From the NCBI GenBank assembly GCA_030390025.1, contig CM059447.1:31682001-31746000 (forward strand): DNA of 64,000 nt, given 5' to 3'. Shown here in pieces: positions 36,171 through 49,247 of this stretch. A model generated the notes under the pieces. It was not told the origin of the DNA and did no database searches. It saw only the letters and a program-made list of their open reading frames with translations. Numbering within the stretch: the stretch's first letter is position 1; the number at the start of each line of letters is the position of its first letter. Position numbers and translations under genes: made by a program. The stretch comes from Squalus acanthias. Lineage: Eukaryota.

Positions 36171-36604
36171 GCACATTGAGTGAGACTCACGTAGATCATA
36201 ATTAAAATATATTACAAAATGGCAACAACTTCTTTTAGTCCAGAATACAGCAAGCATCCATAGAGCAGACAGTCAAGTGGTGACAGTTACCTATTGTTAT
36301 CCTCCTCATCTGCTTGCTGGTGTACAGTTGAATTTATTTCTCTGAGCAGTTGTACAGTATCCTGCTGGTAGAAAATCCAACCTCAATTTGGAATCAACAT
36401 TGGAATTTGTCACTGAATACTGTGAGTACTTGTTCTATCACTCCACCTCCTCATTAGGAGCCTAACCAGCTTTTAGTCAGTCCTGTGGTTCGCCTTACTA
36501 CAAGTCATCAGCGGTAAGTGAATAGTCAAGCCATGTGCCGTTTTATACCTCAGGAAACACTCCTGCCTTCAAAAATAGCACTGCGACATGTCTTAATGTT
36601 CTTG

Positions 36605-37107
36605 AGGTGGTGTAAATGTGGCATTAATGTAATATATATGATGTGATGTAAACGTAATATACATGAACTGCTATAAAAAAAAAATCTTCATTCATGGGAT
36701 GTGGGTGTCGTTGGCAAGGCCAGCATTTATTGTCCATCCCTAACTGCCCTTGAGAAGGTGGTGGTGAGCCGCCTTCTTAAACCGCTGCAGTCCATGTGGC
36801 GAAGGTACTCCCACAGTGCTGTTAGGGAGCGAGATCCAGGATTTTGACCCAGCGACGATGAAGGAATGGCGATATACTTCCAAGTCAGGATGGTGTGTGA
36901 CTTGGAGGGGAACTTGGAGGTGGTGGTGTTCCCATGCGCCTGCTGCCCTTGTCCTTTTAAGCGGTAGAAGTCAAGGGTTTAGGAGGTGCTGTCGAAGAAA
37001 TTTAATATACATGTGATGGTGTAAATGTAATATACATGGGTGGTGCAGCTATAATATATAAATGAAGTGGCATAAATATGATATATATGATGTGATGTAA
37101 ATGTAAT
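36605..37107. repeat. Degenerate AT-rich minisatellite (ATGTGATGTAAATGTAATATAC-like) interrupted by a LINE fragment
   Basis: Recurrent units at 36620-36670 and 37003-37107. Confidence 0.6.
36677..37000 (-). mobile_element. Zenon-like LINE 3' fragment
   Basis: Matches 17920-18230. Confidence 0.88.
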
Positions 37108-38004
37108 GGCCCATAATTTGCTGTCAGAATAACGGTGAGGCTAATAGCGCTTTCTGTTATTTATGCACAAATGCTGCAGCAACTTCAAGCGAGGGCAGAT
37201 GCGCGATTAAACGCGGAAATCCTAAAGTTGGTGTCCGAGGTGCCATTAGCATCGCGAAAATGACATTGCACTGTCTGGCTCACTATTGAAATGCATTGAG
37301 CGGCGTGAAGTTGCTGTACCTGCACGGTAGATACGAACTAAACTCGCCACAGAAAGTCGGAGCCAGTCTGAAGTGATGCAAAGAGCCTGTTTTGGATCCA
37401 TTTAATGTCCGTGCATATTAAATTAAGCTTTTCTTTTAATGATGTGCTAATGGTTAATTACTGCCAATGAACCTCTCTGGCACCGAAAATTAACTATTAC
37501 AAGCATGGAGTCATTCCTTCAGGCTTTAACTGTTGGAGATTTTAAAAATGAAAAATTTAAAATGAAAACTTTTCTTTTACTTTTCCTTCTGTCTCTTTTT
37601 ACTCTCTCTCTGAATCCAATCTTTCTTTCCCTCTCTTTATTTCTCTTTCTGTACATGATTTGACATTGAATTGATCAGCCATGATCTTATTGAATGGCGG
37701 AGCAGGCTCGAGGGGCCGAATGGCCTACTCCTGCTCCTGTTTCTTATGTTCTTATGAATTCACCAACTCTAATTCACCCTCCTTCTCAGTCCACTGTTTA
37801 TTTCACAATCCCTCAATCTGATTGGTTCAGGAGATACACAGATGCTTGCCCTGTTGACTCAGGTCCCAGATGTCCAGTTACCCTCGCTGCAACATTATCA
37901 GCTCGCACTTTCAGCAACTTGCAGCGTGAAATATCGTCGCGATTGAACAGGCAAGGGCAAGCCTGACTAACGGCAGACGACGTTAGATTCACTACTACAG
38001 CAAA
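37108..38004. mobile_element. Harbinger-type MITE with truncated right TIR; contains a CR1 tail insertion (37673-37760)
   Basis: Left end GGCCCATAATTTGCTGT; right remnant ACAGCAAA; the CR1 tail is flanked by TGAATT repeats. Confidence 0.6.
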
Positions 38005-38357
38005 CCTCCCTCTCCTCCGATACCATCCTCCTTAAAACCTGTTTCTTTGCCTAAGCTGTTGGTCACGGTTCCTAATATTCTTTGACATTTCTGTCTGATT
38101 GCGCCTCTGTGCAGTGCCTTGGGACATTTCTATATCTCAGAGGCGCTATATAAATGCAAATTATTGTTATTGATTTAACACAATCTCAGTCATAACTCAT
38201 TCTTGCTGTTTCTTTAAATAATACAATTTGGGGAACTCATCATAATTTTAACAAATATAGGTGCCTGTCATGAGTTTTAAATAGTCTGTAACTTAGAACA
38301 TTCCATATTCTTGACAAAACTCGTTAACCATTTTGCTGTAAAGTGAGTAGAATGTTA

Positions 38358-40630
38358 GGGGGAGAAATTTATTATGGCCCAGGAATGGACGGTAACTTTA
38401 GAAAAGTTTGAGATTTAGCAACAGGCGCTAATGAATCACTCTGCACGCAAAATTCAGTCTCATTGCACAAAGAAAGGATTGGAGCGCTAAATCAAGCACT
38501 ACTGGCCTAGCTCAGTGGTGCTACACGCAAAGCGCTAACCAATATCAGGAGCAGTCTAATCACAAGTCATCATTGCCACAGGCTCGTTCCAGTTCTTAAA
38601 GGGGAGGTTCATTGATGCTGCAAAACCTAATTCTCAGCATTGCTGGCTGTGAACCTGTGCCAGCAGGCAGGAGCAGGCCGAGCCCAGGGAGCCGGACAAC
38701 TCAAGCAGGTGTCATGATGGCAGACCCACGCCCCAGGGAGAGAGCCCGCAGATTTTCAGACCAAGCATTGGAGGAGTTGGTGTCCGCTGTGGAGAGACGA
38801 GGGCAGTTCTCTACCTGGCAAGTGGCAAGAGGCCCTCGCCGCAAGTCTTCCGCACCATGTGGAGGGAGGTTGCCCAGCATGTCTTGGGCAGCACTGCGAT
38901 CCCCAGGACCCACACACAGTGCAGGATGAAATTTAACGACCTCACTCGGGTGGTCAGGGTGAGTCAATGTCTCAAGAAGTGCTACATACCACTGTCTGAA
39001 CCACAGTCTGCACACACTGGCCAAAGCACCACACCCCCAGCACTCACCCACCAATAATCTCTACCCACCAACACTCACACCCACATCTCACACCTTGCAC
39101 ACAATGACAGCTATTCAACTATGGCAGGCACATCACCCAAACGCATTGCTCCACACTCACTCACACACTTTCCTTTCTCTTGCAGGCCAAGGTGGCCCAC
39201 AACAGGAGGGAGCAGGAGCGCACAGGCGGGGGACAAGCCGACACCCAACCACTGTCTGTGCTGGAAAATAGAGTGCTGGAGATTATCGGGTGCCAGGTGG
39301 TTGACCCCCTTGGGGACATCAACGGTATGTTCATCCCTACTCCTTCTTCTCACAACCCATTTCCTCCTCACCCCACAAGCCTTTCGCACTTTCCAGCTAA
39401 TCATGTTGTATGCATGCATTTCTCCCTTCCTGCACCCCTCCCCTCACTTTAACCTGACTCTTGTGCCTTTATGCTTTCAGATAATCCGCAAACATCTGAG
39501 CAGCCTGTCCCTGAGGGCACCATTGAGAGCGAGGCGGGAGAAGAGGAGGAGGAAGAACACACCGTGTCACTGCATCTCTCACCCGCAGGCACCAGCTCAG
39601 ATACTGGCACTACGCGTTCTTTAGATGCTCATATAATAGCGGGATCTGCACAGGGTGACGCACCGTGGATGAGTGGGCTGCAGCAATGCCAGGGGGAAAG
39701 GGTAGCTCGGAGGCCAGCTCCCTGGAGAGCGAGTTTGCGCATGAGTTCTGCTGCACTGGACTCAGATGAGGATCTCGATGGGGAGGCCTTTAGAAAAAGG
39801 GTGATGGACATGCACACGGAGATGATAGATGCAATGGCAAGGGTGCCCGAGAGCCTGTCGGCAATGGTAAGGAGCGTGGAGGAGTCCGCCTCCAACATTG
39901 CACAAGGCTCTGTGCACACCATGGAGCCCATCATTTCCAGTCTGGAAAGGATGGTAGACTCCCAGAAATACCGTGGCAACCCAGACTTGATGCCGCGTGT
40001 GATGGGCGATGTGGCAGCTTCCATTGCAGTACAGGCAGAAGCAACACAACGTCTTAGTGCTGTAATGCAGTCTATGGTTGGTGCCATTCAATCTCAGACT
40101 GCTCTCATGCAGTTTCAGCTTGACGCCTCACAAGCTCTGACTGCTGCCATCGTGGCTGGGTCTACCACCATCGACCGGGGCTTTCAAGGTGTCGCAGCAG
40201 GCCAACAATCTGTGCTGCAACAGATTGCTAGGGATGCTGAGGTGCTGCCCCGGGGGAGTGGCAGTGGGTCAGTGGAGCAGGAACCTGCTGTCCTCTCTCA
40301 GGGTGACAGCATTCCTGCTCCCACCACTGCCACTCCGCCATTGCCTTTGTCGTTGCCAGTCATCCAGCCAGCCCAGACTGCCGCCGCCCAGCCTGAGGTG
40401 GTGCAGTCTACAGCCAGGCCTTCCAGGCCCAGAGCTGGTCGAGGGCGTCCTGCAAGGCCATCTGTAGTCTCCCGCACAGACACTCAGCAGCCTTCTCTCA
40501 GCTGTGCTGCAGCCACTGGGCCAACACTTTGTAGGAGCACTAGAGTAGGGTGCTGAATTTGGCGTGCGGCACTGAATTCGCCTTGCCGCGGCGCTACTGC
40601 CTCAGCGACCAGTTACCGAATTTCTCTTCA
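38358..40630 (+). mobile_element. Harbinger family B deletion derivative retaining only the Myb gene
   Basis: TSD TTA on both sides; TIR GGGGGAGAAATT / rc TGAAGAGAAATT; collinear with 56667-59650; no transposase. Confidence 0.88.
38714..40556 (+). pseudogene. Harbinger Myb/SANT gene, exons 38714-38958, 39186-39324, 39481-40556
   Basis: RARRFSDQALEELVSAVE..., WREVAQHV...QCRMKFNDLTR, AKVAHNRREQERTGGG; canonical splice sites; a single 1-nt deletion near 38801; exon 3 fully open. Confidence 0.88.
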
Positions 40631-41159
40631 TTATATTCTTAAATGACTCCTTAACAGTTATTGCTGCTGTAGTGTTTAAAATACATGAATCATAAACTAA
40701 CTCAAAATATCATACAGAAGACCAAGTTGGAAATTTGTTTATGCAGACGCCCCCACCACTATCAATAATTACAAAAATTCAGATGGTGAATCATTGAAGG
40801 TAAGATGTTATCTCATTGCTTCATTTGTAAGTTATCTGTCAGCCATTGTTTCCTGTGACAGGGTATTTTGGTTCCCATTCCAAATCTTTTTATTTCTCCC
40901 ACTCTACTGTCTACATGCAACCACTTGCTCACCAAGAAGGTAGGTAGGCAGCCTGATCATAGACTTCTGTCAGCATTTGTCTTCAATCATCTGTCAAGTG
41001 CACAAAAGTAGGGTGAGGTGACTTACCTGCTTTATTTTTCTTTGCCTTGGCACCTCTTCCTAATGGCATGTATTGGCAGGATTGGGAACTCACCAAGGAG
41101 ACAATTGTAGGAATGAGTTCCACACCTTTCTGCTGCATGCCGCAATATATTTGCATATA

Positions 41160-44100
41160 TCCAGCTCGGCCTCCTCCTGAGGTCCCCACCACCATAGAAG
41201 CCAGTCTTCAGCCAATTCGATTCACTCCACGCGATATGAAGAAATGGCTGAGTGCACTGGATACAGCAAAGGCTATCGGCCCCGACAACATCCCGGCTGT
41301 CGTGCTGAAGACTTGTGCTCTAGAATTAGCCGCGCCTCTAGCCAAGCTGTTCCAGTACAACTACAACACTGGCATCTCCCCGACAATGTGGAAAATTGCC
41401 CAGGTATGTCTGAAGGGATAATTACAAGTCCTAGCCCTTCTCGGGCTACCCCAGATCAGGCATATTCCCCAGACGTTCACCTTCAACTAAAGTTAGCGGT
41501 AGCCGAATCCTAGAGACACTTAATTGGGTCTAAAGGTTCAGACTATCTCTCCCTAAAGGAAAGGAACGGCCTGAAGATGTTACCATCCTCCGGATAGCAC
41601 TTTTAACAAGTTTAACTAGACTATAACCTTCCGGATATTATGAGGGTCCGGAAACTCCCCCAGAATTTTGCAACTCCTTACAGAAGAGTGTACAGAAATT
41701 GAGTTCGCGAGTTGATACAGAAATACTCTGTGAGATAATTTTAAAAAAATATAGATTTATTAAAGAACCAACATGTAGTTAACAGCTTTTGATTTCAATC
41801 ACAACTTTAACAGTCTAAAATACAAATAGCCTACATTTCTTATCAGAGATCCTTATTCTCAAATCTTAACTTCGTTACATTTCCACACTTCTACTTATTT
41901 CTTAATCCAGAATATCCACCAAAATCAAATACCTTGATTACCCGAGACTCAAAGAGTTGTAGGCCTACAGAGTGGTTATGAAGGCGAGAATCGCTTGCCT
42001 TTCCAGCAACTTCTGACTTTCTGTCTGAAAAGCTCTATTTTTATACCTTTTTTTAGTGGTTTATCCTTTGAAGTTTTCTGCTGATGTAAGCTAATTATCT
42101 CTAGTCATTCTCTATTGAATTCTTTTCTATTCTTACTGTCATTTCAGCTGCCAACTTTTAGAATCCTGTCTGCTATAAAGGTGTTTCAAAAACTTATCAT
42201 AAAATATGGTATAACAGATTTATCTCTTTGATGCCATTCTCATCGAAAGTCTTCCATTGAATTGTTAAATCACTTTAGCTGCTTGTATTACAGACGTCGT
42301 GTCTCTGTGTGTTCCAAGTTCAACACATAAACAATGTGATTGCTTGGTACATCTATTGATGTAATATTTTTAAAGTCTTCTGGAGGTATCTTTTACAACA
42401 TGTAAATTAAAAACACTTCATCTAGGGTGTTCTTTGTATTTCTTAGCCATCTTAGTTGGTTATATATATATTTGTGTTTCCTGTTTCATTTGATGTTACT
42501 TTTACAAAGGCACATGGTTTTTTAATGTTCTGTTTTTCTGTTCGACGTGTTAGATTTTAACACTTTACTTGGGCATTGCTATTGTTTTGGTTCCAAACTG
42601 CAGACTCCTTGGAACCAACTCTTTGCTTCTTCAATGAGGCCATTGTGTTAGTATTTACAACCATTTCCCATTTCAAAAGCTTGTATGGTGTTTACAACTT
42701 TTGTGTTAACACTTCATCTTATCTCAGAAGCCTGTATTTCTGTTTACAGCTTGTGTCGTTGAGGCTTTTTAGATGTTTAAACCCAGTTTGTCATATTTAA
42801 TAAAGTCTGAATTCTGTTCATAGGATGGTGTATTTTTCTGAATAGGTTTGGCTCATTCCTTTACATGTCCTGTCCACAAAAAGCAGGACAAAACCAATCC
42901 GACCAACTACCGTCCCATCAATCTACTCTCAATCGTCAGCAAAGTGATGGAAGGTGTCATCGACAGTGCTATCAAGCAGCACTTACTCACCAATAACCTG
43001 CTCACTGATGCCCAGTTTGGGTTCCACCAGAACCACTCTGCTCCAGACCTCATTGCAGCCTTCGTCTAAACATGGATAAAAGAGCTGAATTCCAGAGCTG
43101 AGGTGAGAGTGACTGCCCTTGACATCAAAGCAGCATTTGACCGAGTGTGGCATCAAGGAGCCCTAGTAAAACTGAAGTCAATGGGAATCAAGGGGTAATC
43201 TCGCCACTGCTGGAATCATACCTAGCACAAAGGAAGATGGTTGTGTTGTTGTTAGCCAATCATCTCAGCCCCAGGACATCGCTGCAGGAGTTCCTCAGGA
43301 CAGTATCCTAGGCCCAACCATCTTCAGCTGCTTCATCAATGACCTTCCCTCCATCATAATATCAGAAGTGGGGATGTTCGCTGATGATTGCTCAGTGTTC
43401 AGCTACATTCACAACTCCTCAGATAATGAAGCAGTCCAATGCCCGAATGCAGCAAGACCTGGACAACATTCAGGCTTGGGCTGGTAAGTGGCAGGTAACA
43501 AGTGCTAGGCGATGACCATCTCCAACAAGAGAGAGTCTAACCACCGCCTCTTGACATTCAATGGCAGTACCATCGCCGAATCCCCACCATCAACATCCTG
43601 GGGGTCACCATTGATCAAAAACTTAACTGGACCAGCCACGTAAATACTGTGGCAACAAGAGCAGCTCAGAGGCTGGGTATTCTGCGGTGAGTGACTCACT
43701 TCACTCCCCAAAGCTTTTCCACCATCTACAAGGCACAAGTCAGGAGTGTGATGAAATACTCTCCACTTGCCTGGATGAGTGCAGCTCCAACAACACTCAA
43801 GAAGCTTGCCACCATCCAGGACAAAGCAGCCCGCTTGATTGGCACCCCATCCACCACCTTAAACATTCACTCCCTCCACCACTGGCGCACCACGGCTGCA
43901 GTGTGTACCATCTACAAGATGCACTACAGCAACTCGCCAAGGCTTCTTCAGCAGCCCCTCCCAAAGCGCCTAGAAGGACAAGGGCAGCAGGCGCATGGGA
44001 ACATCATCACTTCCAAGTTCCCCTCCAAGTCACACACCATCCTGACTTGAAAATATATCTTCGTTCATTCATTGTCGCTGGGTCAAAATCCTGGAACTCC

Positions 44101-44253
44101 CTCCGTAGCAGCACTGTGGGAGCACCTTCACCACACAGACTGCAGCGGTTCAAGAAGGCGGTTCACCACCACCTTCTCAAGGGCAATTAGAGATGGGCAA
44201 TAAATGCTGCCCTTGCTAGCGACGCCCACATCCCATAAACAAATACAAAAAAA
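41160..44253 (+). mobile_element. Zenon-like LINE interrupted by a solo LTR
   Basis: RT reads WKIAQVC|PVHKKQDK across the insertion; family 3' tail at 44190-44253. Confidence 0.9.
41411..42865 (-). mobile_element. Solo LTR, 1455 bp, ERV-like
   Basis: Perfect 4-bp TSD TGTC; minus-strand ends TGTAAAGGAAT...ATCCCTTCA; TATA (42038-45) and AATAAA (41756-61) on the minus strand; homologous to 62669-63942. Confidence 0.9.
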
Positions 44254-44256
44254 TGT

Positions 44257-44690
44257 AGAATCATAGAATGATACAGCATAAAAAGTGGCCATCATGCCTG
44301 TGCTGACTCATTGGTCGAGCTATCCTATCAGTCCCACTCCCCTGCTCTTTCCTCGTAGCCGTGTAATTTTTTTTCCCTTCACGTATTTATCCAATTCCCG
44401 CTTGAAAGTTATTATTGAATCTGCTTCCACCACCCATTCAGGCAGTGCATTCCAGATCACAACAACTCACTGCGTAATTTTTTTTTTCCTCACATCGCCT
44501 CTGGTTCACATTTAATCTGTGTCCTCTGGTTACTGACCATTCTGCCACTGGAAACAGTTTCTCCTTATTTTCTCTATCAAAACCGTTCATTATTTATCAA
44601 ATCTCCTCTTAACATTCTCTGCTTTCAGGAGAACAACCCCAGCTTCTCCAGTCTCTCCACCTAGCGGAAGTCCCTTGTCCCTCGTACCAT
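44257..44690 (-). mobile_element. CR1 3' end
   Basis: Antisense match to 5930-6370; TAGAATCATAGAAT tail. Confidence 0.85.
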
Positions 44691-45786
44691 GCATCTGCTG
44701 TGACCCTACCACCATCCCACAGCAGCTTAGAATGTGCTCCTGCTGCAGATATGTCCAACTACATTAGAAGGTGTTAAAGACTGGAGGTCCAATTTGCAAG
44801 CGGGCTGTTTGGAAATGTAAACCAAGCACCCAAAGGCCTGATTTCAAGATGAAAGTCTATTTTTATTTCTTGGAGACATTACTTATTGAAGACTTCAATT
44901 AGTTTTCATCAGTAGCAAAGAAAACATCAGAACTTAAGCCTGATCCTCAACCCTTCCCTTGACTCCACATGGTTTTACAATAGGTTTAAGAACAGGCACT
45001 TCATAGAATTCTCTTTTAGAAAATTGAAGCCTCGTTGTCCAGAATATAAAGTTACTATTTATATTCATATTACTAATCCTGTTGCCTTATTGAGGGACAA
45101 TAAAGAAAGTTTTCTCTTCATATTTTACACATTTGAAGAAAATCCCAATATTTCGGCTTTCAACGCGTAAAGCAGTAAAATGATGAATATTCTGATGACT
45201 TTTGTTGAAGTGATTATAAATAGTACTGCGCAAAAAGGGAAGCAGTAACCGTGGTTTTGTTTCTAGAGGCCTAGTAAATCCGTTGTGGGGTAATTCTGTG
45301 AAAATGAAGCGCATTGGGACATCCTGAGGACATGATGAGGTGCAATATAAAGGCAAGTCCGCCCTTTAATCGTGTTCACTCCATCAGCGAAAAAGAAAAA
45401 ATGTTGGAAATTAGAAATAAAATAGAAACACGCACCAGGCCTCCCAATCTCTGAGTGAGGCGTTGACAGACCTGCTATGCATCTCTAGCATCTTCTGCTC
45501 GGTTAATATTTTGGGTCTAAACCCTTCAGCATTTCCAGTGAAGAGACTTGCGGGCGTGGTTCTTGTTTTTACCACCTGGGAAGTAAGCTGGAGGAGCGGC
45601 TCACCCACCTGTTCTGGAAAGAGCCCGAAATTCATTCTGTTGAAATCAGTGGAACGGAAATTGGGCGGGTTATACAAAGGGCGGGCAATCTGCCAAATTA
45701 CCGTCCAGGCGGTTAAGACAACAATCGACCCCCTATGTCTGAAATGCCAGGCTATTTTCAATTCTCTTTCTTATGCTGACAGACTT

Positions 45787-46522
45787 GGGGGGAAAATTCA
45801 GTTGCTTTGCACCTCCCGTTAGAGAGCGCTAACGGAGCGCAAAGCAACTAGTGCCCGGGCGCGGCACCGCCAACGCCTCCTGTGAAATTCAGCGGGAGGT
45901 TAGCGGCAGCGTTAACTGTTACCCCCCCCGGCGCTGCGCCGCCAACGATGATGTCATCACCGTGCGCAGCGCCCCGCTCGCGCCCCGGCCACGATCTTTG
46001 GTAGCGCCCCCCTGACTTACCGCCGGACGCTATGTCCGACGGGGTCAGGGGGGCCTACCTGCGGCCGGGGCAGCGCTATTTAAAGGCGAGGTGCCGGGCG
46101 GCCATTTTTGTTGCTGGCCGCCTGCCTCCTCTCCCGTCCCCGGCCTCCTGACCCGCCCCCCCGCGGAGTGCCGGCTGCGCTCCGTGAACCCGGCACTTCT
46201 CTTGAGTGCCGGGTTCTTTTGCCGGCACTCCGATCGCTGGTGGCCCAATTGGGCCCCGGGTCACGCTGCGCAAGCCCCCTCCCCTTTAAGGAGGGGAGCA
46301 AGGTCTGCAATACCGCGGCGCGACGTGCCGCAGCGCCAGCGTCGCGATATTCCCTCGCAGTGCCCCAAGAGGGAGGTGGGGCGCTTCCAGTAACGCCTCG
46401 CTTCCCTCTTGGGGCGCTACCACTCAATTTTGGTCGCGGGGGCGCTAATTTTTCCGGGGCGCTGAAAGTAGAGCCCCGGTGAAGTTAGCGCCCCAATGGG
46501 GGCATGACTCAATTTTTCCCCC
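45787..46522 (-). mobile_element. GC-rich MITE of Harbinger family B
   Basis: TIR GGGGGGAAAATT / rc GGGGGAAAAATT; 3-bp duplication (CTT or TTG, depending on register); both arms resemble the ends of 56667-61593 in reverse orientation. Confidence 0.88.
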
Positions 46523-47636
46523 TTGCTGTGTTTTTCCAGAGTTTTTGCTTCTGAAGTTGAATTAATTCTGAAAGTCTAATTCTAAAATGTTATGTGTCCT
46601 GTGTGAACTGGGCAATAACAAATTTCCTTCCTGGGAGTAAATGCCTCGGCCTGCGGTCTAGCGCAGGAGGTGTATGGTGCTTCAGGCACTTTGGACAAAC
46701 AGAAGTTATTGTTTAATAGTAAAGATGCTTTACCAAACTCCCAGTAATTTATGGCAAAAAATAATCCAATTAATCCCTTAGCTCAACCACGTGAAAATAA
46801 TATTTGACATTAAAGATGTCACAGTGTGTTGCTACACCTTATTGATGACACTGAGGCAATAAGTGGCTATCCTATCTATCACTATTGTAACTAAACAGCT
46901 GATGAACATAGAATCTGCTAAATTGCTCATATCACAAATTATGGCTGTAATGGCTCAGTGATTTACTTTATTTTAATTTAATGGCTCCAGTAATTTCATT
47001 TTATAATTCAATTTTTTTTTCTAAATTGAATTGCTTTTACAGATTGTGTTTCAGTGACTGGGCTCCATTGATGTTCATAAAGCATTGCAGCTTCACTCTT
47101 GCAGTTTTAGGTCCCTCACCCACTTAACTGAGTGACAACTCTCTCCCCAGCATCCACCACCCTGTGTCAGTAAGGGAATAATCGCAACATGAATTTAATC
47201 ATGTGACTGGTGGTTATTGAGTGATATACGGTGAATAATGGACCACAATCCAATCAGAATGCAGGAATTCACTTGATAATAAGCAATTAGAACACAGAGC
47301 TGTGCCTTGTGTTAAAATCAGCTCAAGGTTTCCCATTCCCGCTTAAACCACCCTGAAATGATCCTTACTAATATTTGTGGATTGTCATCATTTTGGGATT
47401 GCCAGCACTTTATTAAGCAATAAACCCTGCAGACTTGGGCAATGGTATTGTTCATTTTGTTTAATATATCCACCAATTATACATAAAAGAACGCTGATAA
47501 AGAAAGTAATGTCTGCAACTTTTTTCTGACTTTCTTTTATACACCGTCCTCTGCTGTGCCACACATCAAGCGGGCAGAGCACATGATCTGTTCAAAGGCA
47601 TCTGCCGAAGCTGCTCTTAAGCAAGATGGACACTCG

Positions 47637-48791
47637 GGGCTGAATCTTGCCGGCGCTCAGAGTGCAGGTTTGGAGGTGGGTCCGCTGTCAAAATCACAAA
47701 GATCGACAAGCAGGTCGGTATCCCGCTGTAAACCCGCCTCCTTGTCAGTTTCCCAAGTGTCGGGTCTGTCTTCCCTGAACAGACCCGACACCAAGCGGCG
47801 GACCAGCCAATTTACAGAGTTAAAAGCTTATTAAAAGGTAGTTAGAAACCATTTTCCCATGTACTTACCATTTTACCAGGTTTTCAACGAGGTTCCCAGA
47901 GAGCAGCTGTCACATCAGGTTCTCAATGACTGTGGATTGCTGTGAATAGGTGAAAGCTGCAAAAGTGGCATAAAGCCTACCATTTCACAGCTGGTCACTT
48001 CCCAATCTTAGAAGCTGGAGCATTAATGATTTGAAATCCACTTTTGAGCTTTATGCACTTTTGAAGTGTTTGGAGTAATCTCTCTATCCACTGTCACCTC
48101 CTTGGAACAACCGATCGCAACATTGACAGATTACTTCTGTCATCTCAACCTCACCTGCCATCTACTCCATCAGCATCGGTGCCCTTGAAAAAATCTCACT
48201 TTGGTCCTCAGAATCCCAACACTTTCAGCCCCAACACCAGCATCACCGGGCACACCAGCAGCACCAACATTCACACCAAACTTCTCTGCAATCAACTGAT
48301 GCTGCACTGGACACAGGGCATCATCACCCGTGCACATTGCTGCCCGGGACGCCAGCGATGGCCTCACCATGTCCAGATTTGTTTCACTTAACACTGGCTG
48401 CCACATGATGCACCAGGTTGGCACCACCTGCGTGCTTTGACTCCATCCATAAGCATATGGAGGGAGTCATGGGAGAGCCTGGGTGCAGCCGTGTACTTCT
48501 GTGCAGTGCTTGTCAGTGTTTGCAGCATCTCAATGCTGTAGAACACTGACAGCACAACTGTCAAAATCAATTTGGACACGGCCCCTTTAAGGAAATCAGC
48601 TGAAGACGCGTCATCAAATGACGTCACCAGACCCGCTTCCTATTAATTGGCCGGGAACCTCGCAGGGCGGGCTTAAGAAGCCCTATTAACGTAAAATCTT
48701 GTTGGAGGCCGGGATCGAGACAGATGCGGGGTCCCCACACGCCACGGATGTCGCCCGTCACGGACCCGCCGAGGTTGGAAAAATCCTGCCC
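47637..48791 (+). mobile_element. Internally deleted Harbinger related to family A
   Basis: TIR GGGCTGAATCTTGCC / rc GGGCAGGATTTTTCC; GCACATTGCTGCCCGGGA shared with the transposase tail (11881 vs 48332); minus-strand Myb N-terminus AAPRLSHDSLHMLMDGVKARR. Confidence 0.85.
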
Positions 48792-49247
48792 CAGGAGACA
48801 CAAGACAGCACGCTGGAGTGATTTCCCCTCCTTCCTTGTGATGTATCACCCATATTTTCCTAGGGGTTCCATCTTACATATGGGTACCAACTTGCACCTT
48901 ACTGCCACTGTGCTACTACATGTGTAGAACACTTGTGTCAACAAGATTCTCAATATCTGTTTCATTCAAAGCTCTATTCATATCAACCAGAGAAGATTAT
49001 GAGGCTGGCACAAGCTGAGTCATGCTCTGATCATTAATAAATGGTATCCTCTGCTCAGTCAGAAGCACACACAAACATACTGAGTGGAAATCACATCAAA
49101 TCTGGTAGTCGTGGCTCTGTTGATGAAAGATCTACATCTTTTTCATGTGTCTTCTCAGATTTGTTAGACAATTGTGATTAGGCTCAGCATGATAAAGGTT
49201 ACTGTGCTGAGCTAACTAAAGCCATATCTGGACAAATGTTTTAATCG

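Noticed and set aside
45787-46522. CpG-island promoter or GC-rich ORFs
   Set aside because: Fully explained by a young MITE with TIRs and a TSD; the overlapping ORFs reflect GC content.
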